Shown here: piece after piece, positions 37,728 through 47,243 of the stretch
Layout of the letters: each line of letters starts with the position of its first letter
How positions within the stretch are numbered: position 1 is the stretch's first letter
Source of the DNA: a virus
Taxonomy: Duplodnaviria; Caudoviricetes
IMG/VR virus record: IMGVR_UViG_3300028591_000143
Location: 33,589-97,588 of that record
DNA length: 64,000 bases
Direction: 5' to 3' (one strand)
Program-made: the position numbers and the translations under genes
Notes under the pieces: model-generated
Database searches by the model: none
What the model was told of the DNA's origin: nothing
Seen by the model: only the letters and a program-made list of their open reading frames with translations

Positions 37728-39953
37728 TTATTTTCCAATCTCCTGACCTAACCAAGAGACTAGTGTATCATTAGTGTTATTTATCGATTCTTCAACTTCA
37801 TTGGCACTAAACTGAGCCTCCTGAAGTTCTGCCTGTTCGTCTTCAGCCGGAGTATTCTTAGCCTCTATAATAGCATTTACAGAGGTATTCGTAGCATCAC
37901 TAATTGCCTGTACCGCAGCAAGGGCGGCATCTTCAATGGCCTCTACACTAGGAGCAGCCTCTTCTCCCTGCTGGAGGGGAACAAGGTTTCCATTTTCATC
38001 ATAGACGGCCGGGACAACCTCTGGCTCTGGGGCGGCAGCGGCATTAACCTCAGCGAAGAACTTATCTAAGGGATTAGCAGAGAACTTCTTCTCTTCATCT
38101 TCATCCCCTCCGATCAAATCAGCAGCAGTTTCCTCACTGATAGGAGCTAAGTCAATATCATCTTCGGACACAACGGCTTTAGTATATTCTCCGTTCTCTT
38201 TATCCTTGATGACAGCGGTTTCATTGTCGATGGGAGTAATAGTCTCACCCTCAGTCTCAACAACCTCACCTTCCTCAACGGCCTTCTCAATATCAGCCTC
38301 ATCAGCCTCCTCAGAGAATAAACGACACATATAGTCAGTCATATCCTCATTCTCACTGAAGAATTTAGTCTCCTCAGCATTTGAATAAGTCTTCTCTTCA
38401 GTCAGATCAGCAGCTTCTTCTTCGCTTATCGGTTTAAGGTCAATATCATCATCAGTCATTGTGGCCTTAGTATATTCACCGTTCTCTTTATCTTCAATAA
38501 CAGCAGTCTCATCATCAACCGGAGTAATAATTTCAGAATCAGTTTCAACTTGCTCATTATTTTCAATGGCTTTCTCAATATCAGCTTCATCGGCTTCCTC
38601 AGAGAAAAGTCTGCACATATAATCAGTCATATCCTCATTCTCACTGAAGAATTTAGTCTCTTCAGCATTTGAATAAGTCTTCTCTCCGGTTAATTCATCA
38701 GCCTCTTCCTCACTGATAGGATTGCAGTTCATACTATCACCATCAATAACAACCTTAGTTAATTCACCATTATCTTTATCCTCGACAATAGCAGTATAAT
38801 CGTCGACGGGAGTTATAATTTCAGTGTCAGTCTCAACCTCATCACCACCCTCGATAGCATTCTCAATGGCGGACTGAGATGCGTCGATATCATTACAAGC
38901 CTCACTAAAGAGACGAGTCATAAAAGCGGTGTTATCAATATTATATCTAGTTACAAAGACATCATGCTCAGAGAATTCGACCTGTTCGGGCTCTTCAATC
39001 TCCTCAGTGTCTTCAACTCCAACACTTTCGAGGAGAGAAATAGCATAATCTCTAGCTTCGGTTTCATCTTCAAAAACCTGAACACCATCAATACCAATCT
39101 CCTGAAGTCTATCCACAAGTTCTTGAGCACTTTCTTCGCTATACTCAGAAGCATCGACTATCTGGTGATTAAACGCATCTATTCCAACAACATGAAGGGG
39201 CATAAATTCCTCTTCATTAGCGGTCTCTTCACCTTCCTCGCTAAAATTCTTTGAGTCTAATTCCTGAACATCCATTTCTTCATCATCCATTGTAACCTTG
39301 GCTTGATCACCACTATTCTCGTCAGTCACAATAACAGTATTGGGTTCTTCTGTTTTCTCGATTTTTAAGTCTCCAACCTTTGCAGTTTCTTGACTTTCAA
39401 TGACTTCAGAAAATAGACGCTCACAATAAGCCTGATCACTGAATATTCTCAGAACCACAGTATTATCGGTAGAAACACTGAATTCTTTCTCTTCCTCATC
39501 CTCTTCAGATCCGCACTCACAAGGATTTTGTCCACACTCTGGGCAAACATCACCCTCTGCGTTCTCTTCAACAGTAGGAGCAGGAGTTTCATCAGGATTA
39601 TGATCTTCAACTTTCTCATCAGGAGCTCCAACTTGATCACCAGGAGTCACTCCATCATCTTCCATGTGCAGATAATTCTCCGGTTGGTCTGTAGGGATTT
39701 CGACACCCGCAGGATACAGATCATAATTACCATCTTCAGCTTTCTCAGCAATAGTCCGCTCACCGTTTTCATTATCGGTGATTTCAACCTTGCCTTCACC
39801 TAAGTCAACATAAGTTAACTCATCCGTGGTAACTGAACCTTTTTGTTTTGCTTCTTCAATATCTCTAGCAACCTGTGAAGTTAATTCCTCATCACCTTCA
39901 GCAGTAGCACTAAAGATTCTAGTCATAAATCTTGTATTTTCTGGATTTTTCAT
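37728..39953 (-). CDS. Acidic scaffold/prohead core protein with 96-aa repeats
   Basis: Very Glu/Asp-rich; immediately upstream of MCP; at least 12 [KR]x[FY]S motifs. Confidence 0.75.
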   Translation of the reverse strand: MKNPENTRFMTRIFSATAEGDEELTSQVARDIEEAKQKGSVTTDELTYVDLGEGKVEITDNENGERTIAEKAEDGNYDLYPAGVEIPTDQPENYLHMEDDGVTPGDQVGAPDEKVEDHNPDETPAPTVEENAEGDVCPECGQNPCECGSEEDEEEKEFSVSTDNTVVLRIFSDQAYCERLFSEVIESQETAKVGDLKIEKTEEPNTVIVTDENSGDQAKVTMDDEEMDVQELDSKNFSEEGEETANEEEFMPLHVVGIDAFNHQIVDASEYSEESAQELVDRLQEIGIDGVQVFEDETEARDYAISLLESVGVEDTEEIEEPEQVEFSEHDVFVTRYNIDNTAFMTRLFSEACNDIDASQSAIENAIEGGDEVETDTEIITPVDDYTAIVEDKDNGELTKVVIDGDSMNCNPISEEEADELTGEKTYSNAEETKFFSENEDMTDYMCRLFSEEADEADIEKAIENNEQVETDSEIITPVDDETAVIEDKENGEYTKATMTDDDIDLKPISEEEAADLTEEKTYSNAEETKFFSENEDMTDYMCRLFSEEADEADIEKAVEEGEVVETEGETITPIDNETAVIKDKENGEYTKAVVSEDDIDLAPISEETAADLIGGDEDEEKKFSANPLDKFFAEVNAAAAPEPEVVPAVYDENGNLVPLQQGEEAAPSVEAIEDAALAAVQAISDATNTSVNAIIEAKNTPAEDEQAELQEAQFSANEVEESINNTNDTLVSWLGQEIGK
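38110..38920 (-). repeat. ~288-bp tandem repeat (about 3 units) in scaffold gene
   Basis: ATCCTCATTCTCACTGAAGAATTTAGTC at 38343 and 38631. Confidence 0.9.
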
Positions 39954-39971
39954 ACTAATTATTCTATCTAT

Positions 39972-40739
39972 TTATTTTATTTCTATATTATTATCCTTTT
40001 CTCCGATTATACCAAGAGATTTTAATTTCTCTATAATATTCTCGGGAGCATCTGGATAACGCTCTTCTATAATACCTTCAAATTCTGGCTTTGACATCGT
40101 AGTGCCTCCAAATTCGGCCCCAAGATCACCAAGAATACCAGAATCTTCCAGCCATCCCTCACGATCACCTTCTTTTTTTACTCCATGAACTTTTTTAAGA
40201 ATGGCAATACACTTAGGGGTCATGTTTAGATTATCAATAAATCCACCAAAATTACCATGACTCTGCATAACTTCGGGGACTAATTCATACTCTTTGGTTA
40301 CTGAAACAACTAACTTTGAAAATAAACGTGATTCTAAGAAAGCTGTACTGGAAATTTTAATCCCGCCATCTTCAGTAGCTTTTGAAAATCCACGCTCTTC
40401 TAGATCAGCTCTTTCTATTTCACTAAAGTTTTTCTCGTATAGATCCTTACTAATCTCTCTACCGGAGAATTCCTTTAGTTTTAATTCAAGGGGATCAGAA
40501 GTTGTAGAAAACTCCTTCTGAAAATCCTCTTCAAAAATTGAGCGTCTTTGTCTAGTTTGAACATCGGCTCCACAAACTTTACAATAACCCATGTCCAACT
40601 CTTCCTGGCTCAATTCATGTCCACAGTCACTACATAGGACTCGAGAAACTTCAACCTTAGGTTCCTCGCTACTAAATAATTTGCGTCTTGGGGTAGTAGG
40701 AGGAACATCACTAAATAATTTACGTCTTTCTTTCTTCAT
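39972..40739 (-). CDS. Prohead core-like protein with Zn ribbon
   Basis: RRKLF|S twice, CSDC…CKVC, further KEF|S motifs; lies between protease and scaffold. Confidence 0.65.
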   Translation of the reverse strand: MKKERRKLFSDVPPTTPRRKLFSSEEPKVEVSRVLCSDCGHELSQEELDMGYCKVCGADVQTRQRRSIFEEDFQKEFSTTSDPLELKLKEFSGREISKDLYEKNFSEIERADLEERGFSKATEDGGIKISSTAFLESRLFSKLVVSVTKEYELVPEVMQSHGNFGGFIDNLNMTPKCIAILKKVHGVKKEGDREGWLEDSGILGDLGAEFGGTTMSKPEFEGIIEERYPDAPENIIEKLKSLGIIGEKDNNIEIK

Positions 40740-40740
40740 A

Positions 40741-42036
40741 TTACTTTTCCTCCTTTAATTCTTCCTCTTCACTGGGAATATTATCTACATTCTTAAATAT
40801 CTCGTCAAGAACAGCTTCAATAAATTTATTATATGCTGTGGACAACTTTTGATATCTCATTTTAGATATAAATCCTTGTTTTCTTGATTCTATTCCAGCC
40901 ATTCTATAGGCCATTTGAAGATCTTGACAAGCGATTCGTAATGATTTTGAAATTGAACTAGCACCTAATAGAGTATTAATTTGCTTGTTCTTAGAAATAA
41001 CATCATCCGAAATACGATTAAGAATGTATAGAACTTCTGAAGAAACCATTGATTTAAGAATTGTTTCATCTTCAGGTTTTAAATTAGGACCCATGCTTTT
41101 TAATACTTGTTTGTAGCTTATTATCATTCTACGAAACTGGAGACGCACACCAAGTTTCCTCTCTCTAAGCTGATCTCTAATTCCAGCCACAGAAAATTCC
41201 TTCTGCTCAGGCTGTTCTTTTTTCTCTTCTTCAGTAAATTCTTTCTCTACCAGACTACTCTCATCCTCTTCTGCTTTAATGTCGCTATAAAATGAAAATT
41301 CCTTTATCTTAAGCTTAGTAAACTGACCATCAATCTTTGAAGATTTTGGTAGATCAGATATATCAACACCAGCTTCTGTGGGATTCGAAAAAGTTTTTAC
41401 TTTTATATTAATTTCGTCTGCTGTAGTTGAGAAAGTTCTGTCTTTAAATTCAGCTTTCTCTTTATCATCATATATAATTTCAGTAATATGAGATTCAGGA
41501 CCAAAACTCGGAGAAAGAGTCCAATCTAATCCCTTAATAAGTTTTATTTTCTTGGCTACGTCGGCTCCGCCATTATTTCTATCAGAACCACTCCACCAAG
41601 CCACCACAACGAGACTATTTGCTAAGAATACACCGGATTTTAATAATCCCCGCAATCTTTTTATATTCTCAGCAGCTCTAGAATCAAAATCTTCGGGATC
41701 TAAAATGTGTACTTCTGCACTTAGGAAATTCCCTCGTTCAGTCTCTTCTATATAAAATTTCTTTACATAGTGGGTTGGAGTCGAAATTCCGTCGGCTACA
41801 AGAAGTAATTGATCTGAATCCCCAATCTTCTTTTTTATTATAGATGCATCACCTGCAGATTCAGGCATACCATCTACTCCCCTACTTTTGTGTGTTAAAC
41901 AACCTAGGGTTGATCTTGTAGCTATTGATCTTTTATAATCTTCGCTCTCAAGATACTCCCTTACAGCAAGTTCGGGGATTATTGAATTATCTGCTGCACG
42001 CTGACCTAAAGGGCAACATCTAACTTTTACATCCAT
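40741..42036 (-). CDS. Prohead maturation protease (gp21/HK97-like)
   Basis: LGCLTH, PTHYV, ANSLVV, IKGLDWTLSPSF motifs; followed by a linker with five [KR]xF[ST] sites. Confidence 0.75.
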   Translation of the reverse strand: MDVKVRCCPLGQRAADNSIIPELAVREYLESEDYKRSIATRSTLGCLTHKSRGVDGMPESAGDASIIKKKIGDSDQLLLVADGISTPTHYVKKFYIEETERGNFLSAEVHILDPEDFDSRAAENIKRLRGLLKSGVFLANSLVVVAWWSGSDRNNGGADVAKKIKLIKGLDWTLSPSFGPESHITEIIYDDKEKAEFKDRTFSTTADEINIKVKTFSNPTEAGVDISDLPKSSKIDGQFTKLKIKEFSFYSDIKAEEDESSLVEKEFTEEEKKEQPEQKEFSVAGIRDQLRERKLGVRLQFRRMIISYKQVLKSMGPNLKPEDETILKSMVSSEVLYILNRISDDVISKNKQINTLLGASSISKSLRIACQDLQMAYRMAGIESRKQGFISKMRYQKLSTAYNKFIEAVLDEIFKNVDNIPSEEEELKEEK

Positions 42037-42109
42037 TCTATATTTTGTTTTAAGGTTAATCTCGAGGACACTTTTAATCCTCTAACTCTTCTATTACGTA
42101 CTATTATTA

Positions 42110-43714
42110 TTATTTATTATCTTCCACAACATACAATGCATCATAGTCGATCAGCATGTGTGGGTCAATTCCTTCTATAATTGTTTTTGTGAGAAAATTT
42201 GAGATATTAGAATACTCATTAAATATGTATGGAATTTCTACTAAGTAGATTAAGTTATTCTTACAATAATCCCTTAATTCAATATCTCTCTGTAGTTGGG
42301 CCTTAAAGTCATCCTTTGTTTTATGAAATACACTAACATATTTATAGTGCTGAACACCATTATATTCAATAATAATGTTCTTAGTAGTATTGGAAATATC
42401 TTTTAAGTAAAAATCAACTCTTATTTTACCACCACTCCTTCCAAATGTATTATCCAACCAAATCTCTCTTTCAAACTGAATACCTTGTTCCTTAAGAAAG
42501 GTATAAACCATCCTCTCTCCAGAGGACATCGACCTATTTGGATTCCCGGCCCCACATAAATGGCTATCAGGGGTTTGAAAGAAAAACTCGTCAAAAATCG
42601 GATCATATATTTCTATAGGGGTTTTTGCATTTACATAATTGACTCTGTAATATAAGTATGTTCCTTCCCCATGCACTTCATTTGCGCGGTGAACAAACTC
42701 TTCTGTGGTTAATTTAATACTTCCTCCACATCTAGGACAACCAACTCCACTAAGATGATGGCCAGCTCGTTGAAGAAATTCTCCATGAATTGGGCAAATT
42801 ATTATCACATCTTTCATACGATTAATATAATTTACCTTACTATAATCATATTTATCTCCATGGATCTCTCTTGCACGTTCAATAAACTGTTCAGTTGTTA
42901 ATCTAACTTTTCCAGCACAAAGTAAACAACCGTGTCCAGATAAGTGTTGAGATGGTGTTTGAAGAAATTCTCCATGAATTGGGCAGATTATTTTCACATG
43001 AGTATTTGCATTAATATAATTTACCTTACTATAATCATATTTATCTCCATGGATCTCTCTTGCACGTTCAATAAACTGTTCAGTTGTTAATCTAATATTA
43101 TTAGCACACAATGGACAACCACTTCCGGATAGATGTTGAGATGGTGTTTGAAGAAATTCTCCATGGATAGGACAGATTATTATGATTTTAGTATTATTAT
43201 TGACATAATTTACTTTACTATAATCATACTGATCTCCATGAATTTTTCTAGCCTCAACAATAAATTGCTCCGTCGTATGTGTTCTATGCTTACTATATAA
43301 CTCCTGACCACATTTCTGACATCTTCCTCTAGTTAAAAAATTAGAAGGATTTATCTCAAAGTCACCATGTCCTTCCACTAAGCAAGTTATGATTACTTTT
43401 TCATGAGCATTTTTATACTCAGTCTTGCTATAATCAAACCTATCACCAAACTTCCTCAAACCTCTCCTTATAAACTCTTTCGTCTTCTCATCTTTCTCAC
43501 TGTATTTCTCGTTTATAATTTGATTTATTTCTTCCTCACTTAAATTTTCTTTATACTCTTCACACTTACATTCTTCACAACAACAATTTTCTTCATGTGT
43601 AGCTTTTAATAATCTTTCTGTCAACAAACTCATAATTTTATTCTTTTTATATTTATTCTTAAACTCATTTTTAAAAAGGGAAGGATGTTTTTTAAGTTGC
43701 GCAATATTATACAC
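42110..43714 (-). CDS. Free-standing homing-endonuclease-like protein (63-aa Zn repeats + Vsr/DUF559-like nuclease); true start probably MSLLTER
   Basis: TTEQFI..AR.IHGD.YDYSKVNY…ICPIHGEF.Q….HL.G.GC repeats; SSGE…RVDFYL…IIEYNGVQHY. Confidence 0.85.
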   Translation of the reverse strand: MYNIAQLKKHPSLFKNEFKNKYKKNKIMSLLTERLLKATHEENCCCEECKCEEYKENLSEEEINQIINEKYSEKDEKTKEFIRRGLRKFGDRFDYSKTEYKNAHEKVIITCLVEGHGDFEINPSNFLTRGRCQKCGQELYSKHRTHTTEQFIVEARKIHGDQYDYSKVNYVNNNTKIIIICPIHGEFLQTPSQHLSGSGCPLCANNIRLTTEQFIERAREIHGDKYDYSKVNYINANTHVKIICPIHGEFLQTPSQHLSGHGCLLCAGKVRLTTEQFIERAREIHGDKYDYSKVNYINRMKDVIIICPIHGEFLQRAGHHLSGVGCPRCGGSIKLTTEEFVHRANEVHGEGTYLYYRVNYVNAKTPIEIYDPIFDEFFFQTPDSHLCGAGNPNRSMSSGERMVYTFLKEQGIQFEREIWLDNTFGRSGGKIRVDFYLKDISNTTKNIIIEYNGVQHYKYVSVFHKTKDDFKAQLQRDIELRDYCKNNLIYLVEIPYIFNEYSNISNFLTKTIIEGIDPHMLIDYDALYVVEDNK

Positions 43715-43742
43715 CCTCCCCCGAATTAATTATGAGTTTAAT

Positions 43743-43790
43743 TAGATCCGCAGTGTAATCGAATACTACAACTATTTCATTGCTGCGGAT
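43743..43790 (-). ncRNA. Putative tRNA-like three-way-junction element (type A)
   Basis: P1 UCCGCAG/CUGCGGA, CAAU/GUUG hairpin, UAGUA-UUCGAU-UACA, U-CUA. Confidence 0.6.
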
Positions 43791-43796
43791 TATATT

Positions 43797-44261
43797 TTAT
43801 CTTAACAATCCACTATAATATTCAGGGAAGTCAGTTTTTATTATTTCTGTTATTAATTCTTTTCTACTCAACCTACCAAAACCCCCTATTATAATTTCTT
43901 GGTTATTGTAGGTTATTTTGTATTTTTTCTTCAACCAGCCTAAACACTCAATCTTTACTACCTTATCTAAACCTTCATATAATACTTCTTCTATTTCTTT
44001 AAGGGTTGTTCTAGGGAGGGTAAAATCATTCTCCATAATACACCCTTCTCCTATAAAAACTGGGACATAATCTAGTTCTATTTCTCCTCGTATAGTCCAA
44101 GTATCGTCAAGGTTATATTTTTTGAGGTTTAAGAATGAAGGAAGATAGGCTACAAGAGAGACTAAAAGACTGGAAGGAAAGTAAATACCAAACCTCTTAT
44201 ATTCAGGGATTTTCTTTTTTATCTTAAATGCTACTGTTTTCATTTCCCTACCAAAATTCAA
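43797..44261 (-). CDS. Hypothetical protein
   Basis: 154-aa ORF. Confidence 0.65.
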   Translation of the reverse strand: MNFGREMKTVAFKIKKKIPEYKRFGIYFPSSLLVSLVAYLPSFLNLKKYNLDDTWTIRGEIELDYVPVFIGEGCIMENDFTLPRTTLKEIEEVLYEGLDKVVKIECLGWLKKKYKITYNNQEIIIGGFGRLSRKELITEIIKTDFPEYYSGLLR

Positions 44262-44586
44262 AGGTTATATAGTCTTTTAAAATTCGACCTATAATCCGTT
44301 CCTTTTCTTCGGCTTCTAATTTAAAGTCCCCAGTAAGTAAATAAGTATCTGGTAATATGACGGCCTTATAATTTTTTGGTAATTCTTCAGGTATTTTCCA
44401 GTCCCCATCTCTTAAAATATCAAAACTTTTCTCTGCCTTTTCTATGGAGCTGGGAATAAATACTGCTACCTTTGATTTATAGGCTGGACAAAAATCAGAA
44501 GCAAAAGGACGAGAAAATCTAGTTAATGAAGATATTGGTTTTCGTCTTATATCCTCTACTACCAAATAACCAAAATAAATCTTCAT
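44248..44586 (-). CDS. Hypothetical protein
   Basis: 112-aa ORF. Confidence 0.65.
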   Translation of the reverse strand: MKIYFGYLVVEDIRRKPISSLTRFSRPFASDFCPAYKSKVAVFIPSSIEKAEKSFDILRDGDWKIPEELPKNYKAVILPDTYLLTGDFKLEAEEKERIIGRILKDYITFEFW

Positions 44587-44603
44587 AGCCTTTGTTTTTT
44601 AAT

Positions 44604-44650
44604 TAGATCCGCAGTGTAATCGAATACTACCTCCCAAAAAGGCTGCGGAT
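44604..44650 (-). ncRNA. Putative tRNA-like three-way-junction element (type A)
   Basis: Same P1 and T-loop arm as 43743 with a different P2 (CCUUU/GGAGG). Confidence 0.6.
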
Positions 44651-44823
44651 TACAAAATAATATTAAAAGATATGAATTAATTGAATGAAGTTCCCTAAGA
44701 TGCCGAGGTTGTTAAATATATTAGTGATTGGTTGGGTGTAATATAACTGAAACTCTGTATTAATCTTTACCCACGACATCCTAACTTTATCTATATATTA
44801 TTTTGTGGATGTGGTTTTTACTG

Positions 44824-44878
44824 TTGAACTTGGGGTGTAATCGAATACTACAACCTTTTATTTCTGTTGCCCCAAGTT
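44824..44878 (-). ncRNA. Putative tRNA-like three-way-junction element (type A)
   Basis: P1 ACUUGGGG/CCCCAAGU, CAAC/GUUG, UAGUA-UUCGAU-UACA, U-CAA. Confidence 0.6.
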
Positions 44879-44911
44879 AGTTATTAGAAAGGAGATTTTT
44901 TTTATATTAGT

Positions 44912-45346
44912 TTAAAATATTCCAACCTTCTTTGCATTCTTTAGATATTCATAGTGACTTTTTAAATCACCATGTCTATCCTTTTTTATCTGTTTTAGTT
45001 GGAGAGGGTCGGTTTTTGCTCCAACAACTTCTCTTCTAAATACACTTTTACCTACATTTGGTCTACTTTCAAAAGCCTTAGTAAAACCACTTGGCATCAT
45101 TGAATTAATACCCTTTGGATTTCCTACCTTCGTGAAAAATTGTTTGGCTTGATTTGGATTAACATAAGCAAATTCTCTCTGGGCATATTCGTATCCTTCA
45201 CAAAATGCACGTTCCAAGAGTTCATCCAAGTCTTCATTTCCTGTACTATAAAGCTTCTCATCATAGTACTCATCATAATCACTGTACAATTTAGTTATTT
45301 TCATTATCTCTTTACTTTCACATACAGGGATTATTGTTATTTTCAC
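44912..45346 (-). CDS. Long-leader protein (start probably MKITKLYS at 45304)
   Basis: EKLY|STGNEDLDELLERAFCEGYEYAQREF|A. Confidence 0.75.
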   Translation of the reverse strand: MKITIIPVCESKEIMKITKLYSDYDEYYDEKLYSTGNEDLDELLERAFCEGYEYAQREFAYVNPNQAKQFFTKVGNPKGINSMMPSGFTKAFESRPNVGKSVFRREVVGAKTDPLQLKQIKKDRHGDLKSHYEYLKNAKKVGIF

Positions 45347-45403
45347 CTATTACCCCCCCCCCTGTATGCTATTTTTAACAAAGGGAGAGATAATATATAT
45401 ATC

Positions 45404-45934
45404 TTAATAAGCGATAGTTATTACATAAGAATCAATCCACTTAAACGCGTCTTGTAGTGAATCTGTTTCATATTTTATTTCAAAGTTTTTCTTCCCAAAG
45501 AGTCTATTTACTCCTCTACTAATTAATGCAAGGGGAGCAGTTTCGTGAGTTACTTTAAATACTCTATCAGTAGAATTAACAAACCAACTTATAGTAAAAT
45601 ACTCAGATCCTCCAGTGATTGCAATAACTGCTCTTTCTTCTTCGGCGTGTCTTATTGATGTAGGCTCTTTGCCTGTTCTAAGTTGTTTTAGTATATTTTC
45701 TTTTCCACATAGATTAACACTAGTTCCCCTTTGGGTATCATAACTAGTGTAAATTTTATCTTTTACACTAAACTTATTACATATCGTAAAATATCGTAAT
45801 AAATCCTCTGGTAGCTCTATTTCGTAATTTCCTTTATCTGGTCTTGTTGTATTTAAATTTTTACATAACCAATCTGCCAGATCCTTGTTGTGTCTGGAAA
45901 ATAAACCAAACTCTTTTTGCCTTAATATTCTCAT
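45404..45934 (-). CDS. Leader-bearing protein
   Basis: MRILRQKEF|G. Confidence 0.75.
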   Translation of the reverse strand: MRILRQKEFGLFSRHNKDLADWLCKNLNTTRPDKGNYEIELPEDLLRYFTICNKFSVKDKIYTSYDTQRGTSVNLCGKENILKQLRTGKEPTSIRHAEEERAVIAITGGSEYFTISWFVNSTDRVFKVTHETAPLALISRGVNRLFGKKNFEIKYETDSLQDAFKWIDSYVITIAY

Positions 45935-45956
45935 ACTCTTCTCTTCTCTTTTGTTT

Positions 45957-46005
45957 TAGATCTAGGAATCCACATTAAAGGGTAGACTTAAAGTCATTCC
46001 TAGAT
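45957..46005 (-). ncRNA. Putative tRNA-like three-way-junction element (type B)
   Basis: P1 UCUAGGAAU/AUUCCUAGA, GAC/GUC hairpin, UACCC-UUUAAU-GUGG, U-CUA. Confidence 0.55.
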
Positions 46006-46015
46006 ATTACTTTAT

Positions 46016-46633
46016 TTAGTGTTTGATACGTCTAGTTGCATATTTCTTGGCATACTCTTCCTCAGACATTTCGCCTTTTGCAACCTTAGTAGTATCTCTA
46101 TCTTTCTCTATCTCTTGATCATGTAAACCACTGGGATATTTCTCAGCCTTATCACTTCTCTTTTTATATAGGTGATGATTCAGGGCAGTTAAACCAGCTC
46201 CAACTGCGGCTCCACCAGCGGCACCAATAGCAGCACCTTTTCCAGTTTTGCCAAGTGAAGATCCAGCAAGAGCACCAACACCAGCACCAACAGCGGTCTC
46301 GGCCGGAACAAGAACCTTAGCAACTCTTTTAGTATTCTCTTTATTAGCCTTTTTTCTAACCTCAGGATCCTCAGAGCTCATATCTTCTACATTCTTATAT
46401 TTCTCCGGGTTCTTTCTATAAGACTTTCTCTGAGCTAGAATAGTATCTCTATCATATTTACTAATACCAAGCTCTTTCATCTTTCTATTGGACTCTCTAC
46501 GCTCTTTTCTTTCATCCTTACCAAACTCTCTCTGAGCATATTCATAACCATCACAAAAAGCTCTTTCAAGAAGTTCGTCGAGCTCATCATTACCAGTGCT
46601 ATATAATCTAGTACTTAGTCTTTCGATTTTCAT
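46016..46633 (-). CDS. Long-leader glycine-zipper protein
   Basis: RLY|STGNDELDELLERAFCDGYEYAQREF|G; VGAGVGALAG…GAAIGAAGGAAVGAG. Confidence 0.8.
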   Translation of the reverse strand: MKIERLSTRLYSTGNDELDELLERAFCDGYEYAQREFGKDERKERRESNRKMKELGISKYDRDTILAQRKSYRKNPEKYKNVEDMSSEDPEVRKKANKENTKRVAKVLVPAETAVGAGVGALAGSSLGKTGKGAAIGAAGGAAVGAGLTALNHHLYKKRSDKAEKYPSGLHDQEIEKDRDTTKVAKGEMSEEEYAKKYATRRIKH

Positions 46634-47220
46634 AACTTTCTACGGATAACTTTCTTTGCACCCTGTTTAATAACTTTTGCACCAGCAGCAAAGTCCTCTT
46701 TTGCTTTCTCAGTCATTCCCTTAATACCCTTGGCAGCTTCTCTTCTTGCCTCTTTTGTTAAAGGAATACCTTCATCAACGAGTTTCTTTCCTTTTTCCAT
46801 TGTCTTTTCGTACTCGGATTTCTTGGCGTAAGAATTATTAATTTTATAACGCTTTCCACTCTTATTACTAGTTTCAACTTTAGTGGAATTGATAAGTTTC
46901 TTGCCCTCTTCTTTTAAGTTCTGACCTTTCTTATCGATAGCATTTTCACCAAGTTTAGCAACACCGGCGAGAGTACCGGCACCAACAACAGCAGTACCTC
47001 CTACACCTGCGGCAACCTTAGCCCCAGTATGTTTCTTCTTCTTAGGTTCTTCAGCTTCTTCCTCTTCAGCAAATTCTCTCTGTGCATATTCATAACCCTC
47101 ACAGAAAGCACGCTCTAGGAGTTCATCTAGTTCGTCATTACCAGTACTATAGAGTCTCTCCTCCTCTTCCTGGACATTCTCGCTGTAAAATCTTTCAGCA
47201 AATTCTCTTCCGTTAATCAT
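46630..47220 (-). CDS. Long-leader Gly/Ala-rich basic protein
   Basis: RLY|STGNDELDELLERAFCEGYEYAQREF|A; VAAGVGGTAVVGAGTLAG. Confidence 0.8.
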   Translation of the reverse strand: MINGREFAERFYSENVQEEEERLYSTGNDELDELLERAFCEGYEYAQREFAEEEEAEEPKKKKHTGAKVAAGVGGTAVVGAGTLAGVAKLGENAIDKKGQNLKEEGKKLINSTKVETSNKSGKRYKINNSYAKKSEYEKTMEKGKKLVDEGIPLTKEARREAAKGIKGMTEKAKEDFAAGAKVIKQGAKKVIRRKL

Positions 47221-47243
47221 AATTCTCTTATTGTTTATTTTTT

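Noticed and set aside
44655-44820. Possible structured RNA or gene remnant between two tRNA-like elements
   Set aside because: Only short, unconvincing pairings and no second copy for comparison
43740-44880. CRISPR array
   Set aside because: Repeats are few, irregularly spaced and separated by genes; no cas genes
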